A stretch of DNA of 64,000 nucleotides from Leucoraja ocellata (Eukaryota), in NCBI GenBank assembly GCA_036785375.1, contig JAWMAR010000110.1, positions 5,828,001 to 5,892,000 on the forward strand. The letters are read 5' to 3'. The notes beneath the pieces are model-generated. The model was given only the letters and a program-made list of their open reading frames with translations, had not been told where the DNA came from and did not search any database. Made by a program: the position numbers and the translations under genes. Shown in pieces: positions 50,146 to 63,539 of this stretch. Positions within the stretch are counted from its first letter, which is position 1. The number at the start of each line of letters is the position of its first letter.

Positions 50146-53100
50146 TGTGGCGGTCCCTGGGGGGTAGGCCACTCCTTAGATCATCCCCCTCGACGATTGA
50201 GGGACAGGGGCGTTGGTCTGCCACGGGGTTTTCCGGTCGACTCCCGAGGGGTAGAGATAAGGTGTCGGTGTGTGTTCTTGAACTGTTGGAATTAAAAAGC
50301 TTCTTTTGAATCCGCCTGGCATCCGGTCTTTTCCTGACCTTGACCAGGCCACTACACTGGTGACCCCGACTTCATTCATCACGCGTCGTGATGGATAATA
50401 ACGCTGTTGCGCTGAAGCTCCCAACTCTATGACCTGAAGAACCCGAAACCTGGTTCCAGCGGGCAGAGGCCCAGTTTGCTGTGCGAGGTATCACGCTGGA
50501 GCCAGTCTTCCTCCGTACTGGTGATCCTGTAGTACGCCCTGATGGCCCCCTGTCATCCGTGGATGCGACTTTCGTGCGTATCCTGGCAGATTTTCCTGGC
50601 ATTCTCGAACCCCACTTCCACTCCTCCACCCCGAAGCACGGGGTGGAGCACCATATCCCCACTATTGGCGCGCCTGTGCACGCCCGGGCACGTCGTCTCG
50701 CCCCAGACAAGCTCCGTCTAGTTCGGGAGGAGTTCCGCCAGATGGAGGCGATGGGCATCGTGCGTCCCTCCGATAGCCCATGGGCCTCACCGCTCCACAT
50801 GGTCCCTAAGAAGGACGGGGGCTGGCGCCCGTGTGGCGATTACCGGCGCCTGAATGATGCGACCGTCGCCGACAGGTATCCGGTCCCGTACATTCAGGAC
50901 TTCAATGCCCATCTGGCTGGGGCATCCGTATTTTCCAAGGTGGACCTCGTGCGAGGGTACAATCAAATTCCAGTCCACCCCGACGATATCCCGAAGACGG
51001 CCATTATCACACCATTTGGTCTTTTCGAATTTGTGCGGATGCCGTTTGGGTTGAAGAACGCCGTGCAGGCCTTTCAGCGGCTTATGGACTGAGTGTGCCG
51101 CGGATTGGACTTTGTTTATGTATACCTGGACGACATACTCGTGGCCAGTCGCTCGCGGCAGGAGCACTGCACCCACCTCCGTCAACTGTGTCAGCGCCTC
51201 AGCGATTTCGGTTTAACTATAAACGCGTCCAAGCGCTGTTTCGGGGTGACGGCTATCAACTTCCTCGGCCGCCGCGTGACTGAACAAGGGGTGGTGCCTC
51301 TGCCGACCAGGGTGGACGCTATTCGCAGGTTGCCCCGTCCGACCACAGTTAGGGGCCTGCAGAAATTCTTGGGAATGGTCACTTTCTATCACTGCTTCCT
51401 GCCGTCAGCGGCTGCGATCATGCGTCCGCTTTTCAACCTGATTGCTGGTCATCGCAGGGAGGTTGATTGGTCCATGGAAGCAACAGCGGCATTTGAGAGG
51501 GCTAAGCAGGCACTGGCTGAGGCCACAATGCTCGTCCACCCACGAGAGGATGCCACGACCGCCTTGACGGTGGATGCTTCGGAGATTGCGGTTGGGGCAG
51601 TGTTAGAGCAGCTCATTGATTGTTGCTGGCGGCCACTTGCCTTCTTCAGCAGGCATCTCAGTGGACCACAGCGTCGTTACAGCGCCTTCGACCGTGAGCT
51701 CCTTGCCCTATATCTCGCCGTACGCCATTTCCGCTATTTTCTGGATGGGAGACCATTTACTGCATTCACGGACCACAAGCCACTAATCTTCGCGTTCGCC
51801 AAGGTATCAGACCCGTGGTCTGCCCGGCAGCAGAGGCAGTTGGCGTATGTGTCCGAGTACACCACCTCCATCCGGTTCATTGAGGGCAAATTTAACAGGG
51901 TGGCTGATGCCTTATCAAGACCTGCAGTCCACGCGGTTCTCCAAGTCGGTGAGGGGATCAACTATTCCGACCTGGCAGCCGCTCAGCTGGTCGACGAGGA
52001 GATGGCTGCCTATCGTACAGCAGTTTCGGGCCTGCAGTTGGAGGACGTTGTCTGTGGTCTTGGGGGTACCACGCTGTTGTGCGATGTCTCCTCTGGAGTT
52101 TCTGCGACCCATCGTCCCGATCGCCTGGCGGCGCAGGGTGTTTGAGGTGCTCCATGGCCTTGCGCATCCCTCCATCAGGGCAACAACGGCCCTGGTAGCC
52201 TCCCGCTTTATGTGGCACGGGCTGCGGAAGGAGGTTGGACTTTGGGCGCGCACTTGCATCCCATGCCAGACCGCCAAGGTGCAACGACACGTGCACGCGC
52301 CATTGCAGGAGTTCCCTATTCCTCATAAACATTTCGACCACATTCACGTGGACATCGTGGGGCCGCTGCCGTCATCCCAGGGCATGACGTATATATTTAC
52401 CGTTGTGGACCGCTTCACGTGGTGGCCTGAAGCCATTCCGCTACAGAATTCCACCACTACTACCTGTGCTCGAGCATTGTTGGCGCACTGGATCGCCCGG
52501 TTCAGGGTTCCACTGGACATAACATCCGACCGGGGGCCTCAATTCACGTCAGAGCTGTGGTCGGCCATGGCACGCCTCCTGGGTGTTCGTCTGCACCACA
52601 CGACAGCGTACCACCCGCAGTCGAACGGCCTAGTGGAACGGTTTCACCAACAGCTTAAGGGTGCCCTGAGGGCGCGGCTCACTGACCCAGACTGGGTAGA
52701 CGCTCTACCGTGGGTTTTGCTGGGGAGACGCACCGCACCCAAGGAGGACGGCCTCCTCCTCCGCTGAGTTGGTGTATGGGTCTCCGTTAACGGTGCCTGG
52801 GGAGTTCATCCCGCCGGCACGTGGCCATGTGGAGCAGCCTTCAGAAGCTCTGCAACGTCTTCGGCAGACGGTGGGCAAGCTGGCGCCGGTGCCCACTTCT
52901 CGTCATGGGTCCTTCCGTCCGCACGTTCCCTCTACTCTGGAGGACTGCCAGTTTGTTTTTCTGCGCAGGGATGCACATCGGACACCTCTACAGCGGCCGT
53001 ACGAAGGCCCCTTCTGGGTCTTGGAACAGGGCTAGTCGACGTTCGTCCTGGACATGGGGGGTCGGCAGGAGACTGTTTCAGTTGCGCGGTTGAAGCCAGC

Positions 53101-53536
53101 ACATATCGATATCGATCGGCCGGCGCTGGTAGCACTGCCCCGTAAGCGAGGGCGACCTCTGTCTAGGGTACCTCCTCCTTTGGTTACTTCGTACCCCGCA
53201 CTTGTTGATCAGGCGCCTGTTCCGGGTCCGAGCGTAGTGTGCACCCGGTCTGGCCGTCGTGTACGCCGTCCTGTCCATTTCGTACCTCGGGTACTTGGGG
53301 GGGGGGGGGGGGGGGGGGGGGGTCCTGTGGCGGTCCCTGGGGGGTAGGCCACTCCTTGGATCATCCCCCTCGACGATTGAGGGACAGGGGCGTTGGTCTG
53401 CCACGGGGTTTTCCGGTCGACTCCCGAGGGGTAGAGATAAGGTGTCGGTGTGTGTTCTTGAACTGGTGGAATTAAAAAGCTTCTTTTGAATCCACCTGGC
53501 GTCCGGTCTTTTCCTGACCTTGACCAGGCCACTACA
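50146..53536 (+). mobile_element. Gypsy/Ty3 LTR retrotransposon, internally deleted (3391 bp)
   Basis: 211-bp LTRs TG...CA at 50146-50356 and 53326-53536 (4 mismatches); 4-bp TSD ACAG (50142-50145, 53537-53540); PBS TGGTGACCCCGAC at 50358-50370; poly-G PPT 53297-53322; RT ([25 protein letters not shown]), RNase H (VDAS, YSAFDRELLA, TDHKPL), integrase (HHCC, HVDIVGPLP, SDRGPQF, YHPQSNGLVER, GPF) in Gypsy order. Confidence 0.97.
50391..53330 (+). pseudogene. Gypsy gag-stub/pol pseudogene
   Basis: ATG 50391; in-frame stops at 50430, 51090 and 53033; frameshifts near 52100 and 52750. Confidence 0.9.
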
Positions 53537-53584
53537 ACAGATTATATAAGATACATTCAATACAGAAAATAATATCTACTATAA

Positions 53585-54861
53585 CCTCTACCTCCGTTAC
53601 ATCGATGACTGCTTTGGTGCCACCTCCTGCACCCACACACAACTGGCTGACTTCATCCACTTCACCACCAATTTCCATCCAGCACTCAAATACACCTGGA
53701 CTATTTCCGACACTTCCCTACCATTCCTTGAACTCACTATCTCTATCGCAGGTGATAAGACTTCTGACCGATATCCACTATAAACCCACTGACTCCCATG
53801 GCTATCTAGACTACACTTCTTCCCACCCTGCTTCCTGTAAGGACTCCATCCCCTACTCCCAATTCCTCCGTCTACGCCGTATCTGCTCCCAGGATGAGGC
53901 GTTCCACACCAGGGCATCTGAAAAGTCCTAATTCTTCAGGGAATGGGGATTCCCCTCCTCCACCAAAGATGAGGCTCGCACCAGGGTCTCTTCCAAACCC
54001 CGCAACACTGCTCTCTCTCCCCATCCCCGCACTCGCAACAAGGGCAGAGTCCCCCTAGTCCTCACCTTTCACCCCACCAGCCGTCACATACAAGTAATCA
54101 TCCTTCAGTTTCGCCACCTCCAACGCGACCCCACCACTCGCCACATCTTCCCATCTCCCCCCATGTCTGCCTTCCGCAAAGACCGCTCCCTCCGCAACTC
54201 CCTTGTCAATTCTTCCCTTCCCTCCCGTACCACCCCCTCCCCGGGTACTTTCCGTTGCAACCACAAGATATGCAACACCTGTCCATTTACCTCCCCCCTC
54301 TACTCCATTCAAGGACCCAAGCAGTCGTTCCAGGTGAGACAGAGGTTCACCTGTATCTCCACCAACCTCATCTACTGCATCCGCTGCTCTAGATGTCAGC
54401 TGATCTACATCGGTGAGACTAAGCGGAGGTTGGGCGATCGTTTCGCCGAACACCTCCGCTCGGTCAGCAAGAACCTACCTGCGCTCCCAGTGGCTCAGCA
54501 CTTCAACTCCCCCTCACACTCCCCGTCCGACCTCTCTGTCCTGGGTCTCCTCCATGGCCAGAGTGAACAACACCGGAAATTGGAGGAACAGCACCTCATA
54601 TTCCGCTTGGGGAGTCTGCATCCTTCGGGCATGAACATTGAATTCTCCCCATTTTGTTAGCCCTTGCTGTCTCCTCCCCTTCCTCAGCCCTCTGGCCGTC
54701 TCCTCCCATCCCTCAGCCCTTGGGATCCTCCTCCTTTTTCCTGCCTTCTCCCTGCCACCCCCTATCAGTCTGAAGAAGGGCGTCGGCCCGAAACGTTGCC
54801 CATTTCCTTCGCTCCATAGATGCTGCTGCACCCGCTGAGTTTCTCCAGCATTTTTGTGTAC
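53585..54861 (+). mobile_element. Penelope-like element, 5'-truncated (RT + GIY-YIG endonuclease + 3' tail)
   Basis: LYLRYIDD, HPALKYTW, YKPT, SIPYSQFLRLRRICS; NLIYCIRCSRCQLIYIGETKRRLGDRFAEH; GMN end; tail with CTGAAGA...GAAA. Confidence 0.93.
54767..54800 (+). ncRNA. Minimal type I hammerhead ribozyme-like motif in Penelope 3' tail
   Basis: agt CTGAAGA a GGGC gtcg GCCC GAAA cgtt gcc: core boxes, hairpin II and palindromic short helix III (AACGTT). Confidence 0.6.
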
Positions 54862-54934
54862 TTAAGAATCAGAGTTAAACAGGTGAATGACCATTTTCAT
54901 TTTCTAATGAAATCAAAAAACTTTCAAATTTTTA

Positions 54935-56050
54935 ATTCCCATCCTGCACTCAAATTCACTTGGACCATCTCCGAACCGTTTCTGGATCTCACCATCTCCA
55001 TCACAGGAGTCAGACTATTGACCAACATCTATTATAAACCCACCGACATCCATAGCTATCTGGACTGCACATCTTCCCACCCTGCGTCCTGTAAAAACTC
55101 AATCCCCTACTCCCAATTCCTCTGTCTACACCGCATCTGCACCCAGGATGAGGTTTTCCATACCAGGTCATCCGAGATGTCCTCATTCTTTAGGGATCGG
55201 GGGATCCCCTCTTCCATTATAGATTAGGTTCTCACTGGGGTGTCCTCGATATCCCGCAGCTCCGCTCTTTGTCCACCTCCCCCTATTCGTAACAAGGACT
55301 GATTTCCCTTGTCCTCACCTTCCACCCTATCAGTCGTCACATACAGCATATAATCCCACAACATTTTCGCCACCTCCAAAGGGATCCCACTACTGGCCCC
55401 ATCTCCACCCCTTTCTGCTTTCTGACCGTTCCCTACGCAATTTCCTGGTCAACTCGTCCCTTCCCACCCAAACCACTCCCTCCCGAGGTATTTTCCCCTG
55501 TAACCGCAGGAGATGCAACACCTCCCCTCTCGATTCCACCAAGGACCCAGACAGTCTTTTCAGGTGAGGCAGAGGTTTATGTGCACCTCCTCTAACCTCC
55601 TACTGTATCCGCTGTTTCAGATGTCAACTCCTGTACATCGGCGAGACCAAGCGCAGGCTCGGCGATCGTTTCGCAGCTCAGACCGCCTTAACCTCCAGAT
55701 TGCTCAGCACTTTAACTCCCCCTCGTATTCCCAATCTGACCTTTCTGTCCTGTGCCTCCTCCATTGTCAGAGTGGAGCAAATTGGAGGAACAGCACCTCA
55801 TATTTTGCTTGGGTAGCTTACACCCCAGCGGTATGAACATTGACTTCTACAACTTCAAATAGCCCTTGCTTTCCTTCTCTCCATCCCCTCCCCCTTCCCA
55901 GTTCTCCCACCAGTCTTACTGTATCCGACTGCATTCTATCTTTGTCCCGCCCACTACCCTGACATCAGTCTGAAGAAGGGTCTCGACCCGAAACATCACT
56001 CATTCCTTCTCTCCAAAGATGCTCCAAAGACTCCTTCCTTTTGTGTCAAC
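54935..56050 (+). mobile_element. Second, more decayed Penelope-like element in tandem
   Basis: HPALKFTWTIS, PFLDL, YYKPTD, SIPYSQFL and YIGET remnants; same 3' tail. Confidence 0.9.
55967..56000 (+). ncRNA. Minimal hammerhead-like motif
   Basis: agt CTGAAGA a GGGTC tc GACCC GAAA catc act. Confidence 0.6.
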
Positions 56051-57458
56051 TTTCAAATAAAATTCCTTTTCTTTGAAACAATTTTTCTCATGCTACCCGT
56101 AGCCCTAAACAGCATTCACATATTAGTAAAATGATTACTTATGGAATAAAATGTAATAAAAAGAATCTGCAGATGTTTGTTAAAACCAAAGAGAGACAAA
56201 ATGCTGGAGTAACTCAGCATGTCGGGCAGCATCTCTGGAGAAAATGGATATTTCTCAAAATGGAGAAAATAGGTGATGTCAGGACACTTCTTCAGACTGA
56301 TAGTGTGTGTGGTGGGGAAGGAAGGAAAAGAACTCAAAGCAAGAACAGACCAGAGCAAACCATTTTTTTCAAAATTGTTTCTCCAGTGATGCTCCTGAAC
56401 CACCGAGTTGCTCCTGCATTTTGTGCTTATCTTCGCTTTCTTATAGACATCCAATATGATAAAACTTTATTCATCTCCGGAGGGAAATTGATTTGCTGAC
56501 AGTCACAACACACAAGACAAGGTACACAAAAACTTGAAGTTAAAAGTGAGAACAAAATGAAAAAGACAAGCAACTGTTGGCTGACTGCTGTGTGCACAGC
56601 GCCCTTGGGCAGAGGATTCTCTACTAGAGTGCACCCCTCCCCCACACTGGGTCCCCCTTCGTTCTCCCACCATCCCTCACAGCGGTCCCCCCATGCCAGG
56701 TCCCGATTGTCTTCCCCTCCCCCTCTTCGACCGTGAGGCCCCACTGCCACCGAGGCCCATGTTGCAGCCGCGGCCCCTGCCGCCGCGCTAGTCTCCCGCT
56801 GCCGCCACTGCTGAGGTTAGTTCGGCACAGACAGGCATCGCCGCCCGGCGTCACCACGGTCCCCTGGGTGCCCTGTGGGGCGAGTCGGGCCACGTTCCCG
56901 TCGTCGACGCCACGGGTGGATCGGGCCCACGCGGTTCCCCGGGACACGAACAGCTACATTTTGCACTCAAGAGATTGAAGATCACCAGTTTAGACTTGTG
57001 TAATTCTAAACAAGCTATTATATAAAATTAGTTAATTTATTTTCTGAAAATAAAGCCACAAAGAATTGGAGAGGCACCATGTGAACTCCGCTTTCCAGTA
57101 ACTTTCCAGAGGATGGAGATTGACTTCAACATCGGAAAGTATTCTTTGCATTACATAGGCACGCTACTTCAAGATCACATAATAAATATCACACAATGAC
57201 ATTTGAGTGGATCTAACATTTTGTTCATCATACCCTAATATTTCTAATAATGTATTTAGTTGTGACCCGTATTTGAGATTTTATTCTGAAATTATTGTCC
57301 GAGTGTACACAGGTGTTTTTTCTGAACTACGTAGCACTCAAGCTCCATTCTAACCAGAAAAGGGAAATAAAAGGAAAACCAACGTACCTATATACAAGGT
57401 AGACAACCCAGTGAGATTAATTTAAAAATAACATGAAAATGTTTTTGTGCTTTCTCAC

Positions 57459-57572
57459 CTCACAAATTAAACCAAACTTGTCAAACATCCAGATCTTCTC
57501 CTGTGCTTCCTTTTCAGGCATGCCAGTCTCTTTCATTGACATCACGATCAGATCAGCAATGCCTAATGCTGC
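57459..57572 (-). CDS. ME2: ME2 internal exon, 114 nt
   Basis: cgcag|GCA...GAG|gtgag; [38 protein letters not shown]; DK (not DS) is ME2-type rather than ME1/ME3. Confidence 0.96.
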
Positions 57573-58104
57573 CTGCGTGAAAATAATTTCAGAGGATATC
57601 AGCATTAAAACATCAAAACAAAACCAAAACTGAACAGAATTTAGCCACCACTCACAATATCTCAGCGAAGGACAAGCAGAAGAGTCAAACTGAGTCTAAG
57701 GAGTATTTTTTTCTCATAAAGAAAACACAAAGTAATTTCAGCAGAAGGAACTCAAGCGCCAAGTTTAGAAGATTTATTAAAAAGGTATAAAATGACAGGA
57801 AGATACCAATCCGCCCGTTGTGGATCTAGGACCGATGGGAACACCATGAGCAGTAGTTCTACTCAACAGCCAAAAGTCTGTAGCCTCCTTTTGCTCTGGT
57901 ATTTTATTTAATTCTTCACATCTTTAAATTATGTTTTATTTTTAATTGTCTACTGTATATCGTGTTGTTACTTGTGAGCAAAGCGCCAAGGCAAATTCCT
58001 TGTATGTATACATATTTGACTAATACCATTTATTCAATTCAATTCTCTTTCTAGACAAAAAAAAAACGAAATGGCTGAAAAATACATAAAATTCATCCAA
58101 AATA

Positions 58105-59680
58105 AAATAGATCAAAATTAATCTAAATTTGCAAATGACACTAAAGTAGGTGGTATCCCGGGGAGACACACACGGCAGGAGTATCCCAGGGACCTACGAC
58201 CCTTAGACCGAGGACTCGCCCGGTTGGCCCAACTCGCCACTGCAGACGGAGAACCCACCCACTCGATAGGCCCAACTCACCCACCGGAGACCAGGGACTC
58301 GCCCTGTAGGCTCAACCCACCGCAGATCGAGGACCCACGTGAATCCACTTGGAGGGCCACTAAGCAGACCGGCTGCGGGTGGGAGTGCACAGTCTCGATG
58401 GGTTAGTGGGCCGTTGAAGGCCCTGCAACAACCTGGGGCTCAGCTGGACCGGACGCCGCTCCCAGAGGCCGAGCAAGTGGACCGGACGTGGCATACAGCG
58501 GTGTAGCAATGGCGGAGGACACCACGGCTACGCTTGGCCAGGCCAACCCTACAACGCCGCCAGGACAACGAGCCAGATCAACTTCATGGTCAGATAAACT
58601 GAAACTGGTGCCAAACTAATGAATTTGTATACTCTCTCATTATACTACTGCTATGCACTTATACTGTAGCTGAGATGCTAATTTAATATCTATCTAAGTG
58701 CTCATGTATATTGATACTTGTACTGAACTGAATACAAAAATGAATTTCACTGTACCCTGGTACATGTAACAAATAAATTACCATACCATATATATCTTAA
58801 GAAAGAAGATGGTTATCAAAAATTAAAGCGGGATCTTGATCAGCTGGGCAAGTGGGCTGAAGAATGGCTAAATGAGTTCAAAGCAGCTAAGTGCGAGGTG
58901 TTGTATTTTGGGAATTCCAATCAGAGCAGGACCTTCACAGTGAATGGTCGGGCCCTGATGAGTGTACCCCAAAAGTGGTAGATAGAGCGGTAAAAATACT
59001 TTTGGTACATTTACCTTTATCAGTCTGGGTTATTGAGAATAGATGCATATTACAGTTTGTGAGGCCACATGTTGAATATTGTGCTCAGTTTTGGTCACCC
59101 TGCTATAGGATGGATGTTAATAAACTGGAAAGAGTGCAAAGATTTATGAGGATGTTGCCAGGACTCAAGGGCCAAGCTAAAACATCCTTGGAGTGTCGTA
59201 GGCAAAGGGGTGATTTTATTTATATAGAGTATATAAAATTATGAGGAGAATTGACAGGGTGACTGCACAGACTCTTTTCCCCCAGGATAGGGGAAGTAAG
59301 AACCCGAACACATAGGATTAAGATGAGAGGGGACAGATTTAATAGTAAGCCGAGGGGCAGCCTTTACCACTCAGAGGGTAATGGTACATGGAATGAGCTG
59401 CCAGATATTGTAATTGAGACAGGTACAATATCATGTTTGAAAGATACTTAGACAGGTAAATAGGCAAGGTTTAGTGATCACAATCATCACAATGAAAATC
59501 AGCCATGATCACAATGAATGGCAGTGGTGGCTCAAAGGGCCGAATGGCCTCCTCCTGCATCTATTTTCTATGTTTCTATGGATATCTATGGATATGGATC
59601 AAATGGGACCAGCTGACATGGGGTATATTGGTTGACATGGACAAGTTTGTTGAAGTGCCTGTATCTATGCTGTACGATTC
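58105..59680 (+). mobile_element. Decayed CR1 interrupted by a GC-rich non-autonomous element (~58158-58792)
   Basis: SKFA(D)DTK at 58125-58150 resumes near 58800; insert ends in gaatttcactgtacc...aataaattaccatacca LINE-type tail. Confidence 0.7.
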
Positions 59681-60962
59681 TGATCTCTCCCATAAACAAA
59701 GTATTAGAGGGGATTTTGCAATTAATTGAAAAATGGTTTCATCCATCTGTCAGACTTGCACAGGCCTACAGATGTCCTATGTCACCAAAGTCTGATGTTG
59801 AAAAACTATTTCCATGCAAAATCCTCCCAGCAGATCTGGTACACATATTTGCTTTACTCACACTTATACCTTTCCTTAACTAGATTCTAACATAAAGCCT
59901 TGCAACATCTAAACCAAATCAATCAATATTAAATTCAGTTCAAAATCACACGTAGGCAGCAAAATAGAGAAATAAAAGTTATTTAAATTTACAATAGTAA
60001 TTTAAAGCTGTAAAAAATTAAATCTCCAAACCAAGCTGCTTTTTTTGCAAAGAGATTTTGTTAAGACATAATTAAAAATTTTCTAATAATTATTTTTTCT
60101 GGTTGGTTGAATATATTGGCTCATTGCAGTAAGGTCATTATAATCATATTCAAATTAGTTTCATACTAAAATATCATAGCCGTCATTGAAGTATAATGAG
60201 TCAGATTAGGTAAACTGCAGAATGTGTGAATATTTCCTAAGTTAAATATTTATCTACATTTATATAGGAATAAATGTAAATGTAGAGATGATTGTGCTTA
60301 AATGTTTCAAGGAGAAAATTGCAAAACACCAACTGTCAGATCACCAAGCCAGATTTCAACACAAATAGTCAGTGATTCTGTGATATGGAGCATTACATAT
60401 GTCAGAACATCATTAAACAAGTGTTCAGGAATCAGACAAGTCACATCTGTAAAACCAGTGGGTGCAAGAATATCTATGGATATTATTTGTGTGGAAAATA
60501 AAAATGCTAAGATCTCTAAAATTAAAACTCACATAATTGAAGGCTAATTATTAATCTGTGCCAGGGTGCAACCCATTAACTATTTAGCTCAGGTGGGAAG
60601 AGATTTTAAAACAAGGCTCCATCTGCTATCCATGATAGTTATTTGTCACATGTACCAATTGGTATAGTGAAATGTGTGGTCGCCATACAGCAATACAAAT
60701 AATAGAGTACAGAACACAAAAGTCTTTAACACAGACATATCAATCTGTCCTGCTCTTCAATAATGGTGACACCATGGACAACCGAAGAAGCAAAAAATAC
60801 AGAGCACAGTGCAGTACAGAACACATTGTCCGGCCCATGTCAGCATTGACCACAATGCCAATCTAAACCAATCCCATCTGTCAACCATTTGCAACATGTG
60901 GTCTATATCCCTCTTTCTCTGCTTGTTTAAGTCCTCTTAAACACTGTTATCATATCAATCTA

Positions 60963-61003
60963 TCTATATACTATTAAAAGTTTCATTTTGTATGCATGTA
61001 TAA

Positions 61004-61042
<39 letters not shown>

Positions 61043-61533
61043 TGTATGTTCGTCAAAACGCTATGTGGTAGCGCTCAAATTTTTTCATATTCTGACACAT
61101 ATTTTCCCTTCATGCAGTAATCAGGATCACTTACGATTTCATCCTATATTTCACGTTAATGACGATTCAAGTTTAAAAAAAAAGGCAAAAAACGGTTCTC
61201 ACGCACAGCCTTTTCCCAGGACTTTCGAACTGATGTCACAATGCCACTCACAATGGGCTCTCAAGCTGCCGAATGCCACAAAGACATCACAATGGCAGCT
61301 TCTCACAGACAGCCTTTTTTCCCCAGGAGCGTCCAGTGATGATAATCACAATGGGCTCTCAAGTGTCACACTCCCCGCCCCATCCGCTGGTTATTCACAC
61401 CCCTCCCCTTCCCCCTCTCCCCCCCCCCCCCCACGGGTTATTCACACCACGCAGGTTATTCATGATTAAAGTTATTTTAAAAAAAAAGACAAAACCATCT
61501 TTTAAAACAGCAATGGGTCTGCACTTAGTTTAG
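60963..61533 (+). mobile_element. Non-autonomous Helitron with (GT)n microsatellite
   Basis: a|TCtatatacta start; end aatgggtctgcacttagttTAG|t similar to the other Helitron 3' ends; (TG)n at ~61008-61041. Confidence 0.7.
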
Positions 61534-61643
61534 TATAATATAAAAGCCATCGGCAAAAACAGCAAAAAAAAGGTTTAATATTATATGAAACACAACATAA
61601 ATGAAAGCAAAAAATTATGGTTAGTGATTGTGCCGCATTACTC

Positions 61644-62293
<650 letters not shown>

Positions 62294-62770
62294 TAAATAA
62301 GTTAATCTACACACAGTACATTAAAAACATTCAAACATAGGAAGTCAAGTTTACAAATGTGCTCTGTTACTTTTGAAAACAGACCAGTCGGGATAACTGT
62401 TCCAAGTCAGAAATGTAATATTATTTTGATTCAAATATGTCAGAGCAAATTGAAATTTATTTGATATTTCAGTTGTTGATCAGATGTCTCGATTTCATAG
62501 CATGTTAAGTAAAACAAAGCAATGTTCAACACCATGATTGAATAATGTAATCAATTTAAGAACTAAAAAGTATTTAATTTAAAAATAGACAATGGAAACT
62601 AGAATTATTTAACTTTCCTGACATTAATGAAACAGAATTGTCATAGCACAGAGGGCCTGTGAGTATGTTATCTCTTGAGTCTTGGGTACTATAATTTTAC
62701 TCTCACATGTGTCCTGACGTTTGGCAGTTTACAGTTATCTATCCAAATTATTTTTCATCTGGTACGTTCA

Positions 62771-62902
<132 letters not shown>

Positions 62903-63014
62903 TTAAAATGAAAATTAGCATTATGTTTCTAGGCCGCTAAACCCACCTTGGTATACAGTGGGTTTGATATCCCCAAATATTCCAAGGAACTTGATGTTCA
63001 ACATTAAGCCATCC

Positions 63015-63268
63015 ACGTGCGGCGCAGCAAGTTACTGCCTTACAGCGCTTGCTACGCCAGAGATCTGGGTTCGATCCAGACTACGGATGCTGTCTGCACG
63101 GAGTTTGTACGTTCTCCCCGTGACCGCGTGGGTTTTCTCAGAGATCTTCGTTTTCCTCCCACACTCCAAAGGACGTACAAGCATGTAGATAAATTGGTTT
63201 GGTATAAGTGTAAATTGTCCCCAGTGTGTGTAGGATAGTGTTTATATGCGGGGATTGCTGGTCGGTAT
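63015..63268 (+). mobile_element. HE1/V-SINE-like SINE
   Basis: ggcgcagc...gggttcgatcc B box; core gagtttgtacgttctccccgtgacc. Partial copies also at 29335-29490, 31300-31510 and 34575-34780. Confidence 0.85.
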
Positions 63269-63539
63269 GAAAGAGCTAATAGTCAAATCTAATAGTAAAA
63301 TCTAAAATGGAGTAATTCTTCGACAAAAGCATGGACTAGAACAAAAGAATGGCTCGGTGCCAAGTCTGAATGACATTGTAAATTATATGGAACACAATAT
63401 GGAGGACAGGTTGTCTATTCAATAAACACATTAAGATGGCAGCCTGCAGTAATAACATGTGCTTCTTTTCAAGGCCATAAAGAAGCCAAGATTGAAAGAA
63501 AATAGCTGACACTCCAAGATAAGTAATACCTTATTATTG

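Noticed and set aside
53297-53322. Long poly-G as a standalone G4 or regulatory element
   Set aside because: Explained as the expanded polypurine tract adjacent to the 3' LTR; homopolymer length may also be imprecise
50372-53560. Antisense ORFs across the Gypsy element
   Set aside because: Shadow ORFs of GC-rich pol and LTR sequence with no recognisable motifs
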